46,473 nt of DNA from Vicinamibacterales bacterium (GTDB taxonomy: Bacteria; Acidobacteriota; Vicinamibacteria; Vicinamibacterales; Fen-181). The stretch is taken from NCBI GenBank assembly GCA_029974175.1, contig JARKSS010000099.1:1-46473 (forward strand). The letters are read 5' to 3'. Made by a program: the position numbers and the translations under genes. The stretch's first letter is position 1; each line of letters starts with the position of its first letter. Positions 7,366-15,825 of this stretch are shown piece after piece. The notes under the pieces were generated by a model, which made no database searches, was not told the DNA's origin, and was given only the letters and a program-made list of their open reading frames with translations.

Positions 7366-8777
7366 AACTCCATCCCGTCCACGCGCGGCATCTTGAGGTC
7401 GCAGACGATCAGGTCGTAGGCGCGCGCCGCGACGCGCGCCAGCGCCTCTTCCCCGTCGGAGGCGTGGTCCACCTCGAAGCCCGCGTCGCTCAGCCCCTCG
7501 GTGACGGCCGCCGCCAGCGCCGCCTCGTCCTCGACCACCAGCACGCGCGTCCCGGCCGGCACCTCGGCGCGGATCTGCTCGGGGGGAGGCTGGGGCGCGC
7601 GCACGACCTGCGCCTCGCCGGTGGGCAGCTCGACGAAGAACGAGGCCCCCTGCCCCTGCGATCCCCTCACCCAGATGCGGCCCCCATGCTCCTTGACGAT
7701 CGCGTAGGCGACGGTGAGGCCGAGGCGGGTCCCCTTGCCGACCTCCTTGGTGGTGAAGAACGGGTCGAAGACCTTCGCCTGCAGCTCCTCGGCAATCCCC
7801 GGCCCGTCGTCGTTGACCTCGAGAACGACGGTGTCGGTGGAGGCATCGTGCCAGGTGCGCACGACCAGCGTGCCGCGCCCGTTGGCGGCCAGCATCGCCT
7901 GCTCGGCGTTGATGACGAGGTTCAGCAGCACCTGCTGCAGTTGGTGCGGGTCGGCGAACACCTGCGGCAGCCCGGCGGCGAGCGCCGAGATGACGTTGAT
8001 GTTGGTGACGCGCTGTTCGTAGGCGCGCAGCGCCAGCGTCTCCCCCACCACCTGGTTGAGGTCGACCATCGTCCGGGTGGTGTGGCGCTTGCGCGCGAAG
8101 GTCAGCAGGTTGCGGACGATGCGGGCGGCGCGGTCGGCCTCCGAGAGGATCACCTCGAGTCCGCGCCTGGTGTCGGCGTCCTTCTGGCGGGGCGCGAGGC
8201 GCTCGGCCCAGGTGAGGACCGTCGCCAGGGGGTTGTTCAGCTCGTGGGCGATGCCCGAGATCGTCGGGCCCAGCGAGGCCAGCTTCTCGGCCTGGAGCAG
8301 CTGTCCGTACAGGTCGCGCGTCTGGTCGTCGAGCTTCTTGCGGTCGCTGACGTCGCGGACGAGCGCCTCCACCAGCAGGCTCCCTCCGTCCTGGCGCTCG
8401 GCCGTGGCGGTGACCTCGACCCAGATCGGGGTGAAGTCGACGCGGCGGACGCGCACCAGGAAGTCGGCGACCGCCCCGTCGTGCCCGAGCCGCTCGAGCA
8501 GGTTCGAGCGGGCCAGTGGATCGACGAACCGGGCGCTCTCGAAGGGAAGGACCTGCGACTCGGGGACGCTGCTCTCGTACCCGAAGATGTGCTTCAGGTG
8601 GGTGTTGACGACGAGCGTGCGGTCGGCGCCGTCAGGGCCAAGCACTGCGACGCACGCGCCAACCTGCGCGCGATCGAAGAGTCGCGCGGCCACCGCCGAC
8701 CTCTCGTCGGGGCCTGCGAAGGCCGCGGGCAGGCATCGCGAAGGCACGGCGGGATTATACAAGGGCTCACGGCTCAT
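7191..8777 (-). CDS. hybrid sensor histidine kinase (PAS - HisKA - HATPase_c - REC)
   Basis: Start ATG 8777 (MSREP...). The 256 upstream codons of the track ORF overlap copA and are Arg/Gly shadow. H-box 'IAHELNNPLATV', 'NLVINAEQAM', 'DDGPGI', 'GTRLGLTVA', and receiver 'VLVVEDE...CDLKMPRVDG...AKPF'. Confidence 0.9.
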   Translation of the reverse strand: MSREPLYNPAVPSRCLPAAFAGPDERSAVAARLFDRAQVGACVAVLGPDGADRTLVVNTHLKHIFGYESSVPESQVLPFESARFVDPLARSNLLERLGHDGAVADFLVRVRRVDFTPIWVEVTATAERQDGGSLLVEALVRDVSDRKKLDDQTRDLYGQLLQAEKLASLGPTISGIAHELNNPLATVLTWAERLAPRQKDADTRRGLEVILSEADRAARIVRNLLTFARKRHTTRTMVDLNQVVGETLALRAYEQRVTNINVISALAAGLPQVFADPHQLQQVLLNLVINAEQAMLAANGRGTLVVRTWHDASTDTVVLEVNDDGPGIAEELQAKVFDPFFTTKEVGKGTRLGLTVAYAIVKEHGGRIWVRGSQGQGASFFVELPTGEAQVVRAPQPPPEQIRAEVPAGTRVLVVEDEAALAAAVTEGLSDAGFEVDHASDGEEALARVAARAYDLIVCDLKMPRVDGMEFYRAIATGNPALARRVIFCTGDVVGADAERFLEESGCRWLAKPFRLADLLRAVRELLA

Positions 8778-8926
8778 GGCTCTGGGGCTTTCCGCCCGTA
8801 GCCGCGAGCAACGCGAGCGTTCGGTGAAGGCGGGCGCCTCCGCTTGCCCCCGAAGAAGAACCAGAAGACGCCCGCCATCAGGCCGAGGCCCAGCACGGAG
8901 ACGACGATCTGCGTGTTGTCGAGCAT
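8774..8926 (-). CDS. small single-TM protein (50 aa), positionally CcoS/FixS-like; below the ORF-track length cut-off
   Basis: My own translation: MLDNTQIVVSVLGLGLMAGVFWFFFGGKRRRPPSPNARVARGYGRKAPEP*. GAGGGAAG lies 6 nt upstream and the start is 12 nt after the copA stop. Its TGA overlaps the kinase ATG (ATGA). Caveat: the 3' end overlaps a GGCTCAN heptamer array. Confidence 0.4.
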   Translation of the reverse strand: MLDNTQIVVSVLGLGLMAGVFWFFFGGKRRRPPSPNARVARGYGRKAPEP

Positions 8927-8938
8927 GGCCGTCTTCCC

Positions 8939-11224
8939 TCACCCCCTTCTCAGCCGCAGGCTGTTGGCCAGCACCGAGACGCTCGAGAACGACATCGCGG
9001 CGGCGGCCAGCATCGGGTTCAACAGCCAGCCGGTGAACGGGTAGAGCGCGCCGGCGGCGATCGGGATGCCGAGCACGTTGTAGATGAACGCCCAGAACAG
9101 GTTCTGCTTGATCACCCGCAGCGTGCGGCGCGAGAGGTGAATCGCCTCGGCCACCCCGTTCAGGTCGTTGCGCATCAGCGTGATGTCGGCGGCCTCGATG
9201 GCCACGTCGGTCCCCGACCCGACCGCGATGCCGACGTCGGCCTGCGCGAGCGCGGGGGCGTCGTTGATCCCGTCGCCGACCATCGCGACCACGCGTCCTT
9301 CCGCCTGCAGCGCCTTGACCTCCTGGGCCTTCCGCTCGGGCAGCACGCCAGCGACGACGCGGTCGATCCCGCCCCCGGGTGCTACCTGGCCGGCAATGGC
9401 GTTGGCTGTCGCGGCGTTGTCGCCGGTAATCATCACCAGCTCGAGCCCCATCGCCTTCATCCGCCGCAGGGCCCCGGCCGATTCGGGTCTCGGGGTGTCG
9501 GCCATGCCCACCAGGCCGACCAGGCGGCCGTTCATCCCGGCCCACATCACCGTTCTCGCCTGCTGCGCGAGGCGGTCCATCTCGGCGGCGAGCGGCGAGG
9601 TGTCGATCCCCTCGCGGTCCATCAGGCCCTGGTTGCCGATGACGAGCCGCCCCTCGCTGGTCGCGGCGCTGATGCCCAGCCCCGGCAGCGCGCGGAACTC
9701 GGAAACCGGGCGCAGCGGGATGCCGCGTTCACCAGCGGCCCGTACGATCGCCTGCGCCAGCGGGTGCTCCGACGCCCGTTCGGCGGAGGCGGCGAGCGCG
9801 AGCAGGTCGTCCGGGACGATGCCTGGGGCCGGCACCAGGTCGGTCACCTCGGGGCGGCCGCTTGTAATGGTGCCGGTCTTGTCGAGGACGACGGTGGTGA
9901 TGTGGCCGGCGCGCTCGAGAATCTCGCCCCCGCGAATGAGGATCCCTTTCTCCGCGCCGCGGCCCGTGCCCACCAGGATCGCGGTGGGTGTGGCCAGTCC
10001 CATCGCGCAGGGGCACGCGATGATCATCACCGCCACGAAGCTCACCAGGGCCGGCGTGAAGCGGTTGCCCGCCGGCATCACGTCGAACCAGATGACGAAG
10101 GTGAGGATGGCGATGGCGATGACGATCGGGGTGAAGTAGCCCGAGATGACGTCGGCCAGCCGGGCGATCGGCGCGCGGCTCGCCTGCGCCTCCTGCACCA
10201 GCCTGATGATCTGCTGGAGAGTCGTCTCGCGGCCCACCCGCGTGGCGCGGAAGCGGAAGCCGCCCGTGCTGTTGACGCTGCCTCCATAGACGGCCGAGCC
10301 GGGCGCCTTGTCCACCGGCAGCGACTCGCCGGTGAGCATCGACTCGTCCACCGCCGACGCGCCCTCGATCACCTCGCCGTCCACCGGGAGGCGCTCGCCG
10401 GGCCGGACGATCACGACGTCGCCCCGGCGCACCTCGCGCGCGGGAATCTCCACCTCGACGCCCCCGCGCTCGACGAGCGCCGTGCGCGGCTGCAGGTGGA
10501 TCAGTCGCTTGATTGCCTCCGAGGTGCGGCCGCGGGCGCGCGCCTCCAGCATCCGGCCCAGCAGGACGAGCGCGATGATCGCCGTCGCCACCTCGTAGTA
10601 CACGCCGGGGGCGTGGCTCATCACTCCTTCGTGCACGGGGTGCATGACGGTGCCGGGGGCAACCGTGACGACCACCGAGTAGGCGAACGCCACGCCGGTG
10701 CCCACCGCGATGAGCGTGTTCATGTCGGCGTTGCGGTGGCGGACGGCGGCCCACGCGCCGCGGTAGAACTGGGCCCCCGAGTAGAAGATCACCGGCAGGG
10801 CCAGGGCGAGCTGCACCCAGTTCACCCCCGGGACCTGCAGGTGAGCCATGCCGATGACCATGATCGGCAGGGCGAAAACGACGGCGACGAGAAACTTGCG
10901 GCGGGCGGCTCGGTACTCGGCGCGGTGCGCCTGTTCCTGTGCGTCGGCCACCGCCTCTTCGTCCCCGGTGTCCGGCTCGTCCAGCACGTCGTAGCCCACG
11001 TCGCGGATCGCCCCGACCAGGCCGTCGAGGTTCACCGCCGACGGATCGAAGACGACGGTGGCCCGGCCGGTGGCGAAGTTGACGTCGGCCTGGCGCACGC
11101 CCCGGGTGTCTTCGAGCGTCACCTGGATCGTTCGCGCGCAGGCGGCGCAGGTCATGCCCGTCACCGGCAGCGACACCTTCTCGGCGCGATCCACCGCCGT
11201 TTCCACCACGGTTCCTTCTGTCAT
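8939..11224 (-). CDS. copA: copper-translocating P1B-type ATPase (CopA/CcoI-like)
   Basis: HMA '[11 protein letters not shown]', 'TGESLPV', TM 'CPC', 'DKTGTIT', 'GDGINDAP'. GAGGAAAG RBS before ATG 11224. Confidence 0.95.
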   Translation of the reverse strand: MTEGTVVETAVDRAEKVSLPVTGMTCAACARTIQVTLEDTRGVRQADVNFATGRATVVFDPSAVNLDGLVGAIRDVGYDVLDEPDTGDEEAVADAQEQAHRAEYRAARRKFLVAVVFALPIMVIGMAHLQVPGVNWVQLALALPVIFYSGAQFYRGAWAAVRHRNADMNTLIAVGTGVAFAYSVVVTVAPGTVMHPVHEGVMSHAPGVYYEVATAIIALVLLGRMLEARARGRTSEAIKRLIHLQPRTALVERGGVEVEIPAREVRRGDVVIVRPGERLPVDGEVIEGASAVDESMLTGESLPVDKAPGSAVYGGSVNSTGGFRFRATRVGRETTLQQIIRLVQEAQASRAPIARLADVISGYFTPIVIAIAILTFVIWFDVMPAGNRFTPALVSFVAVMIIACPCAMGLATPTAILVGTGRGAEKGILIRGGEILERAGHITTVVLDKTGTITSGRPEVTDLVPAPGIVPDDLLALAASAERASEHPLAQAIVRAAGERGIPLRPVSEFRALPGLGISAATSEGRLVIGNQGLMDREGIDTSPLAAEMDRLAQQARTVMWAGMNGRLVGLVGMADTPRPESAGALRRMKAMGLELVMITGDNAATANAIAGQVAPGGGIDRVVAGVLPERKAQEVKALQAEGRVVAMVGDGINDAPALAQADVGIAVGSGTDVAIEAADITLMRNDLNGVAEAIHLSRRTLRVIKQNLFWAFIYNVLGIPIAAGALYPFTGWLLNPMLAAAAMSFSSVSVLANSLRLRRG

Positions 11225-11286
11225 TTCTTTCCTCGATCTTACCAGCTGGCGATCTCATGGGATCGGCTCAGCTGGACGCACCCACT

Positions 11287-11358
11287 CGACCTCGCGACCT
11301 CACGACTTCGCGACTTCGCGACCTCGTGACCTCGTGACTTCGTGACTTCGTGGACTAC
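11287..11358. repeat. tandem octamer array YGACYTCG (8 units plus 1 degenerate) in the divergent copA / HD-nuclease intergenic region
   Basis: cgacctcg|cgacctca|cgacttcg|cgacttcg|cgacctcg|tgacctcg|tgacttcg|tgacttcg|tggactac. Confidence 0.9.
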
Positions 11359-11376
11359 CGTGGTAGCCTCTCGTTC

Positions 11377-12351
11377 ATGATGGCGACCCTTCCCCGGATC
11401 AAGCAGCTTACCGCCGAGTCGTCGGGCGTCGGCTTCTTCCTCTGCGTCCAGAAGGACGTCCGGCAGGGGCGTGCGGGCGACTTCGTCTCGCTGGCCCTGC
11501 AGGACGCGACCGGCCGCATCGCCGCGAAGATCTTCGACGACGTGGAGCGGCTGAAGGGGGAGTTCGACGCCGGCGAGTTCGTCAAGGTGAGGGCGCGCGG
11601 CAACCTCTACAACGATCGCCTCCAGCTGATCGTCGAGAACATTCGCCGGGTGCACCCCGATCAGGACCGGAAGGACGGCTTCCGCGAGGAGGACTGCGTC
11701 CTGTCGGCGGCGCGCCCGCTCGACGAGATGTGGGCCGAGCTGCAGGCGGTCGTCCGTGGTGTCAGCGACGGCTGGATCAGGGCGCTGCTCGAGAAGATCG
11801 TCTGCGAGAACGAGGAGCGGCTGCGCACCTGGCCCGCGGCGCAGACGCTGCATCACGCCTACCGGGGCGGTTTCCTCGAGCACGTGCTCAAGATCGCGGA
11901 GGTCGTGTCGTCGCTTGCAACGATCTATGGAGCCAACCGCGACGTCGCCGTCGCCGGCGCCCTGTTGCACGACATCGGCAAGCTGTACGAGCTGGATTAC
12001 GGGCCCGCGACCAGCTACTCGCGCGAGGGGCGGCTGGTGGGGCACATCGCGATTGGCGCCAGGCTGGTGCGGGAAGCCGCGTCAGCGATCGACGGCTTCC
12101 CGCCCGCTCTGCTCACCGAGCTGGAGCACCTCGTTCTCTCCCACCACGGCTGCCTCGAGTTCGGTTCGCCGGTCGTGCCGATGACAATCGAGGCGTTCAT
12201 CCTTTCGTTCGCCGACGACCTCGACGCCAAGATCAACATGGCGCGGCAGGCCATCGGCGACGAAAGTTCCGACGGCGAGTTCACGGCCTGGCACGGCCGG
12301 CTCGAACGGGTGCTGTGGAGGGGAGCCCTCAGACCACCCGCCGCCCGCTGA
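11377..12351 (+). CDS. OB-fold + HD-domain 3'-5' exoribonuclease (YhaM-like)
   Basis: N-terminal OB fold ('GDFVSLALQDATGRIAAKIFD...FVKVRARGNLYNDRLQL'). HD domain 'HHAYRGGFLEHVLKI', 'LLHDIGK', 'LSHHG'. ATG 11377 is preferred over track GTG 11350, which lies inside the octamer array. Confidence 0.8.
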   Translation: MMATLPRIKQLTAESSGVGFFLCVQKDVRQGRAGDFVSLALQDATGRIAAKIFDDVERLKGEFDAGEFVKVRARGNLYNDRLQLIVENIRRVHPDQDRKDGFREEDCVLSAARPLDEMWAELQAVVRGVSDGWIRALLEKIVCENEERLRTWPAAQTLHHAYRGGFLEHVLKIAEVVSSLATIYGANRDVAVAGALLHDIGKLYELDYGPATSYSREGRLVGHIAIGARLVREAASAIDGFPPALLTELEHLVLSHHGCLEFGSPVVPMTIEAFILSFADDLDAKINMARQAIGDESSDGEFTAWHGRLERVLWRGALRPPAAR

Positions 12352-12478
12352 CCAGCCGCACCAGGAACAGCACGATGGCGATGACCAGCAGGATGTAGAT
12401 GAAGTTGCCCATCGTGTAGCCGCTGACCATTCCCAGCAGCCACAAGACGATCAGGATGATCGCGATGGTTTCGAGCAT
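12329..12478 (-). CDS. lmo0937-family small membrane protein (49 aa); below the ORF-track cut-off
   Basis: My own translation: MLETIAIILIVLWLLGMVSGYTMGNFIYILLVIAIVLFLVRLVSGRRVV*. AGGAGAA lies 7 nt upstream. The pattern 'LWLLG...LLVIA...GRR' matches that family from memory. It overlaps the convergent 3' end of the HD-nuclease gene by 23 nt. Confidence 0.6.
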   Translation of the reverse strand: MLETIAIILIVLWLLGMVSGYTMGNFIYILLVIAIVLFLVRLVSGRRVV

Positions 12479-12611
12479 GCCGCATTCTCCTGCCGGGCAT
12501 GCCCTGCGGGGGCCCGGCTGTTACGAGGTTGACCCACTCAACACACGCAACGGCTCGGCTGCAACAGCGGTGCCAGCACGACAGAAGAAGGGCTCGCGCG
12601 GTGGAGCCGGA

Positions 12612-13070
12612 TTACGACTTGTCCTTGCTCGAGTCGCCGAGCGCAAACGTCATGGTGCCGACGATGCACACCTGGCCGTTCACCTTCGCGACACCCTTGA
12701 GCAGCCCCATCCGGCTTCGAAGCCGGCGGACGCTGGCCTCGACCACCACCACGTCGCCTGCCCGCACGGGCCGCTTGTAGCGGACGCTCTCCATCCCCAT
12801 GAAGAAGATGAGCTTCTCGCGGTTCTCGGGCTTGGCCAGGATGAGGATCGCGCCGACCTGGGCCACGGCCTCGGTCAGGACGGTGGGCGGGAGGATGGCC
12901 TCGCCCCCGGGCTCCTCGATCAGCAGGTGATCGTCCCGGGAGACGTTCTTCACCCCGACGACCCGCTTGTCGGGCTCGAACTCGGTGATCCGGTCCACGA
13001 GGAGGAAAGGGAAACGATGCGGCAGGATGCGCTCGATTGCCGGGTGGTCGAGGGGAAGCGACAGATCCAT
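12612..13070 (-). CDS. fabZ: 3-hydroxyacyl-ACP dehydratase FabZ
   Basis: 'ILPHRFPFLLVDRI', 'GVKNVS', hot-dog fold 'FFMGMESVRYKRPVRAGD'. ATG 13070 gives the typical ~152 aa. Confidence 0.9.
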   Translation of the reverse strand: MDLSLPLDHPAIERILPHRFPFLLVDRITEFEPDKRVVGVKNVSRDDHLLIEEPGGEAILPPTVLTEAVAQVGAILILAKPENREKLIFFMGMESVRYKRPVRAGDVVVVEASVRRLRSRMGLLKGVAKVNGQVCIVGTMTFALGDSSKDKS

Positions 13071-13087
13071 GACCGTGCAAGTATAAT
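13058..13087 (+). promoter_or_regulatory. possible sigma-70 promoter giving a (near-)leaderless GAF-PP2C transcript
   Basis: GCGACA (13058-13063), 18 nt, then perfect TATAAT (13082-13087), only 9 nt before GTG 13097. No SD is possible in that space. Confidence 0.3.
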
Positions 13088-13096
13088 CCGCCTCAG

Positions 13097-14890
13097 GTGA
13101 CGCATCCATTGTCGCCGGACCCGGCCGGCCATCCCCGCGAGTGCCATCGGCCCACCGACCAGCAGCTCCTCACGACGCTGTTCGACCTCGGTCGGCAGGT
13201 GACCTCCGTCCTCGACCTCGACGAGCTGCTCCAGCACATCCCCCAGCTCATCAGCCGCCTGACCGACTACCAGGCGTTCGCGGTGTATCTCATCGACGAG
13301 AAGCGCGGCGACCTCTTCATCGCGTACGCCGTCGGCTACCCGCCCGAGGCGGTCAAGGGGCTTCGTCTCAAGATCGGCGAGGGAATCATCGGAACCGCGG
13401 TCCGCGACGAGCGCCCGATCCTCGTGGACGACGTGACGAAGGATCCGCGCTACACCGAGATCGTGCCGGGCACCCGGTCAGAGCTCGTCGTGCCGCTGCG
13501 GCGCAAGGGGAAGGTGATCGGGGCGCTGAACGTGATGAGCCCGAACCCGGGCCAGTTCACCGAGCTGGACGAGAAGATCCTCCGCCAGTTCGCCGCCACG
13601 GTCGCGACCGGCATCGAGAACGCGCGGCTGTTCGAGCGCGAGCGCGAGTACAACGAGATGCTCGAGACGCTCGCCGAGATCGGCCGCGAAGTGTCGTCGA
13701 TCCTCGATTTCGACGAGCTGCTCACCCGGCTGGCGCAGCTGGTCAAGCGGGTGATCGACTACCGCACCTTCGGGATCCTCCTGCTCAACGAGGAGACCGG
13801 CGAGCTGGAGATGAAGCTCGCCCTCAAGTACGGCGAGCAGACGACGGTGCCGCCGGTGCGGCTCGGCGAGGGCCTGGTGGGGTACGCCGCGCTGCACAAG
13901 CAGACGGTGCTCGTGCCCGACGTCACCCTCGACAGCCGCTACGTCAAGGTGCTCGACGACGTGCGGTCCGAGCTGGTGATTCCGCTGCTCGTGAAGGACC
14001 GCTGCATCGGCGTGTTCGACATCGAGAGCCCCGAGCTGGACGCCTTCGGCAAGAGCCACGTCGAGGTGATGACGCTGCTCGCCAGCCAGGCGGCGGTCGC
14101 CATCGAGAACGCGCGGCTGTACGAGACGGTGCGCGCCAACGAGGAGCGGCTCGAGAACGAGCTGCGCTTCGCCCAGCGCGTCCAGATGGCGCTGCTGCCG
14201 CAGGGGCTCCCGCGCCGCCTGAAAGGTGTCGATGCCGCCGCCCGCTTCGAGCCCGCCCGCGAACTGGGCGGCGACCTCTACGACTTCCTCGCGCCCGACG
14301 GCCACACGCTGATCGTCGCGGTCGGCGACGTGTCGGGCAAAAGGGTGCCGGCGGCGCTGTACAGCGCCTTTGCCGGCGAGTTGATCCGCTCGCGCACCTT
14401 TCGCCGCCGCTTCGACGCCCAGGGGTTCGTCGCCGCCGGCGTCCTCTCGTCGGTCAACACGATCCTCCACGAGCGCCACCTGGAGGAGTACTACTGCACG
14501 CTCTGCTACGCCGTCTTCGACATGAAGCGGCGGCGCGTCGCGATCGCCAACTCCGGCCTGCCCTACCCCCTCCGGTGCGCCGCCGACGGGTGCCACGCGG
14601 TGGAAGTGGCAGGGATCCCGCTCGGCGCCTTCCCGGGCTCCACCTACGACGAGGTGACCTTCGACCTGAAGGCCGGCGACCTGTTCGTGTTCTGCACCGA
14701 CGGCGTCTTCGAGGCGATGGATGCCGAGGGGCGCGAGTTCGGCTCGGCGCGGCTGCTGCAGACGGTGCAGGCGGCGGGGAGAGCAACGGCGCAGGAGATC
14801 GTGGACGCGATCTTCGCCGCGGTGCAGGACTACAGGGGCGACGAGACGCCCAACGACGACATGACGGCGGTGGCGATCAGGATCACGTAG
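13097..14890 (+). CDS. GAF-GAF-PP2C (SpoIIE/RsbU-type) serine/threonine phosphatase
   Basis: Two GAF repeats ('IGEGIIGTAV...LVVPL', 'LGEGLVGYAA...LVIPL') and a PPM domain ('GGDLYDF', 'GDVSGKRVPAAL', 'CTDGVFEA', 'NDDMTAVAI'). Confidence 0.9.
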   Translation: MTHPLSPDPAGHPRECHRPTDQQLLTTLFDLGRQVTSVLDLDELLQHIPQLISRLTDYQAFAVYLIDEKRGDLFIAYAVGYPPEAVKGLRLKIGEGIIGTAVRDERPILVDDVTKDPRYTEIVPGTRSELVVPLRRKGKVIGALNVMSPNPGQFTELDEKILRQFAATVATGIENARLFEREREYNEMLETLAEIGREVSSILDFDELLTRLAQLVKRVIDYRTFGILLLNEETGELEMKLALKYGEQTTVPPVRLGEGLVGYAALHKQTVLVPDVTLDSRYVKVLDDVRSELVIPLLVKDRCIGVFDIESPELDAFGKSHVEVMTLLASQAAVAIENARLYETVRANEERLENELRFAQRVQMALLPQGLPRRLKGVDAAARFEPARELGGDLYDFLAPDGHTLIVAVGDVSGKRVPAALYSAFAGELIRSRTFRRRFDAQGFVAAGVLSSVNTILHERHLEEYYCTLCYAVFDMKRRRVAIANSGLPYPLRCAADGCHAVEVAGIPLGAFPGSTYDEVTFDLKAGDLFVFCTDGVFEAMDAEGREFGSARLLQTVQAAGRATAQEIVDAIFAAVQDYRGDETPNDDMTAVAIRIT

Positions 14891-14921
14891 GGGCAAGGGG
14901 CTAGCAGCGCTGAAAGACGCG

Positions 14922-15001
14922 GCCTGAAATGCAGAATGCCAAAGGGAAAATGTAGAAACACGCCGTTTTTCATTCTCCATTTTCCCTTTTGCATTGCAGG
15001 C
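14922..15001. terminator. long AT-rich imperfect hairpin between convergent genes (possible bidirectional terminator or structured RNA)
   Basis: Arms are gcctgaaatgca[gaatgcc]aaagggaaaatg and cattttcccttttgcattgcaggc. That gives 12 + 6 + 5 bp of stem with one 7-nt bulge and a 25-nt loop, followed by cttctttctt. Confidence 0.35.
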
Positions 15002-15021
15002 TTCTTTCTTGCAACCAGCCG

Positions 15022-15049
15022 GGGGCTAGGGGCTGGGGGCTGGGGGCGT
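15022..15049. repeat. tandem heptamer array GGGGCTR (4 units)
   Basis: ggggcta|ggggctg|ggggctg|ggggcgt, abutting the stop of the lipoprotein gene. A related ggggcaa|ggggcta lies at 14890-14903 on the other side of the hairpin. Confidence 0.8.
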
Positions 15050-15418
15050 TCACCAGCGCCTGAAATCGACGTCGTGCTCGCGGATGTGGAGGCCGAGCGG
15101 ACGGCCGCCGAGCACGGCCAGCTCGCTCACCCTGCCGGTGACCCGCACGCGCGCGCCCCGCGACGGGATGCGCGACCCCTGCGAGAGCACCGTCACCTCG
15201 CCGGTCCCGTCACTCACCTTGTACATCGACAACGGCACCAGCGGCAGGCCCCACGCGCTGGTCACCTCGCCCTCGATCGCGACCCGCTTGTCGTAGTACC
15301 GGCCGCTGTTGTAGTGCAGCTCCGCAATGCTCGGCCGGCGGACGGCAAGTGCGCAGCCTGCCGCAGCAACAAAAAGCAGCACGGCAGCAGCGAGAACGCG
15401 AGTGGTCAGGTGTCGCAT
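15050..15418 (-). CDS. small lipoprotein, possibly OB-fold-like; function unknown
   Basis: ATG 15418 is preceded by GGAGG. Signal peptide with lipobox 'VAAAGC'. Upstream codons of the track ORF look non-coding. Confidence 0.6.
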   Translation of the reverse strand: MRHLTTRVLAAAVLLFVAAAGCALAVRRPSIAELHYNSGRYYDKRVAIEGEVTSAWGLPLVPLSMYKVSDGTGEVTVLSQGSRIPSRGARVRVTGRVSELAVLGGRPLGLHIREHDVDFRRW

Positions 15419-15650
15419 GTCAGCCTCCGGTGAACGGGGCGAGGCCACGGGCGCGCGGGACCGAACCCGACGCGGGATTGGCGTGCCGACGCCTGCCGGT
15501 GAACGATCCCGCCGGCCCCGCGCGCTGCCCTGAGGGGAATCAAAGCTCGTGCCGGCATCGGGCGCGCAATTCGCCGAGGGAAAACGGCCCTTCCGGGCCG
15601 TGCTCGGCGCCGGTGACAGCCGGGCAGGACGCACACTGACATCTCCAGGG

Positions 15651-15710
15651 GGCTCAGGGCTCACGGCTCAAGGCTCAGGCACGGCTCACGGCTCACGGCT
15701 CACGGCTCAA
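15651..15710. repeat. tandem heptamer array GGCTCAN (8 units, one 4-nt interruption)
   Basis: ggctcag|ggctcac|ggctcaa|ggctcag|gcac|ggctcac|ggctcac|ggctcac|ggctcaa. Confidence 0.9.
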
Positions 15711-15825
15711 GGATTGGCGCGCCGTAGCTTGCCGAGGAGAAGAGCCAGCCGGAGGCAAGCGAAGGCGGGCGGACCGGCCAACAACCCGCCTCCCTCGTCT
15801 GAACTGACAGAACGGGAGGCAGTTC

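Noticed and set aside
8778-9545. N-terminal 256-codon extension of the hybrid kinase ORF (track 7191..9545)
   Set aside because: The extension overlaps the 3' part of copA in another frame and is Arg/Gly-rich. A PAS-like domain begins right after ATG 8777.
15651-15710. Tandem arrays (here and at 1984, 11287, 15022, 27217) considered as CRISPR arrays
   Set aside because: Units are 7-8 bp, directly abutting with no spacers. No cas genes and no 25-40 bp repeat/spacer periodicity occur anywhere in the window.
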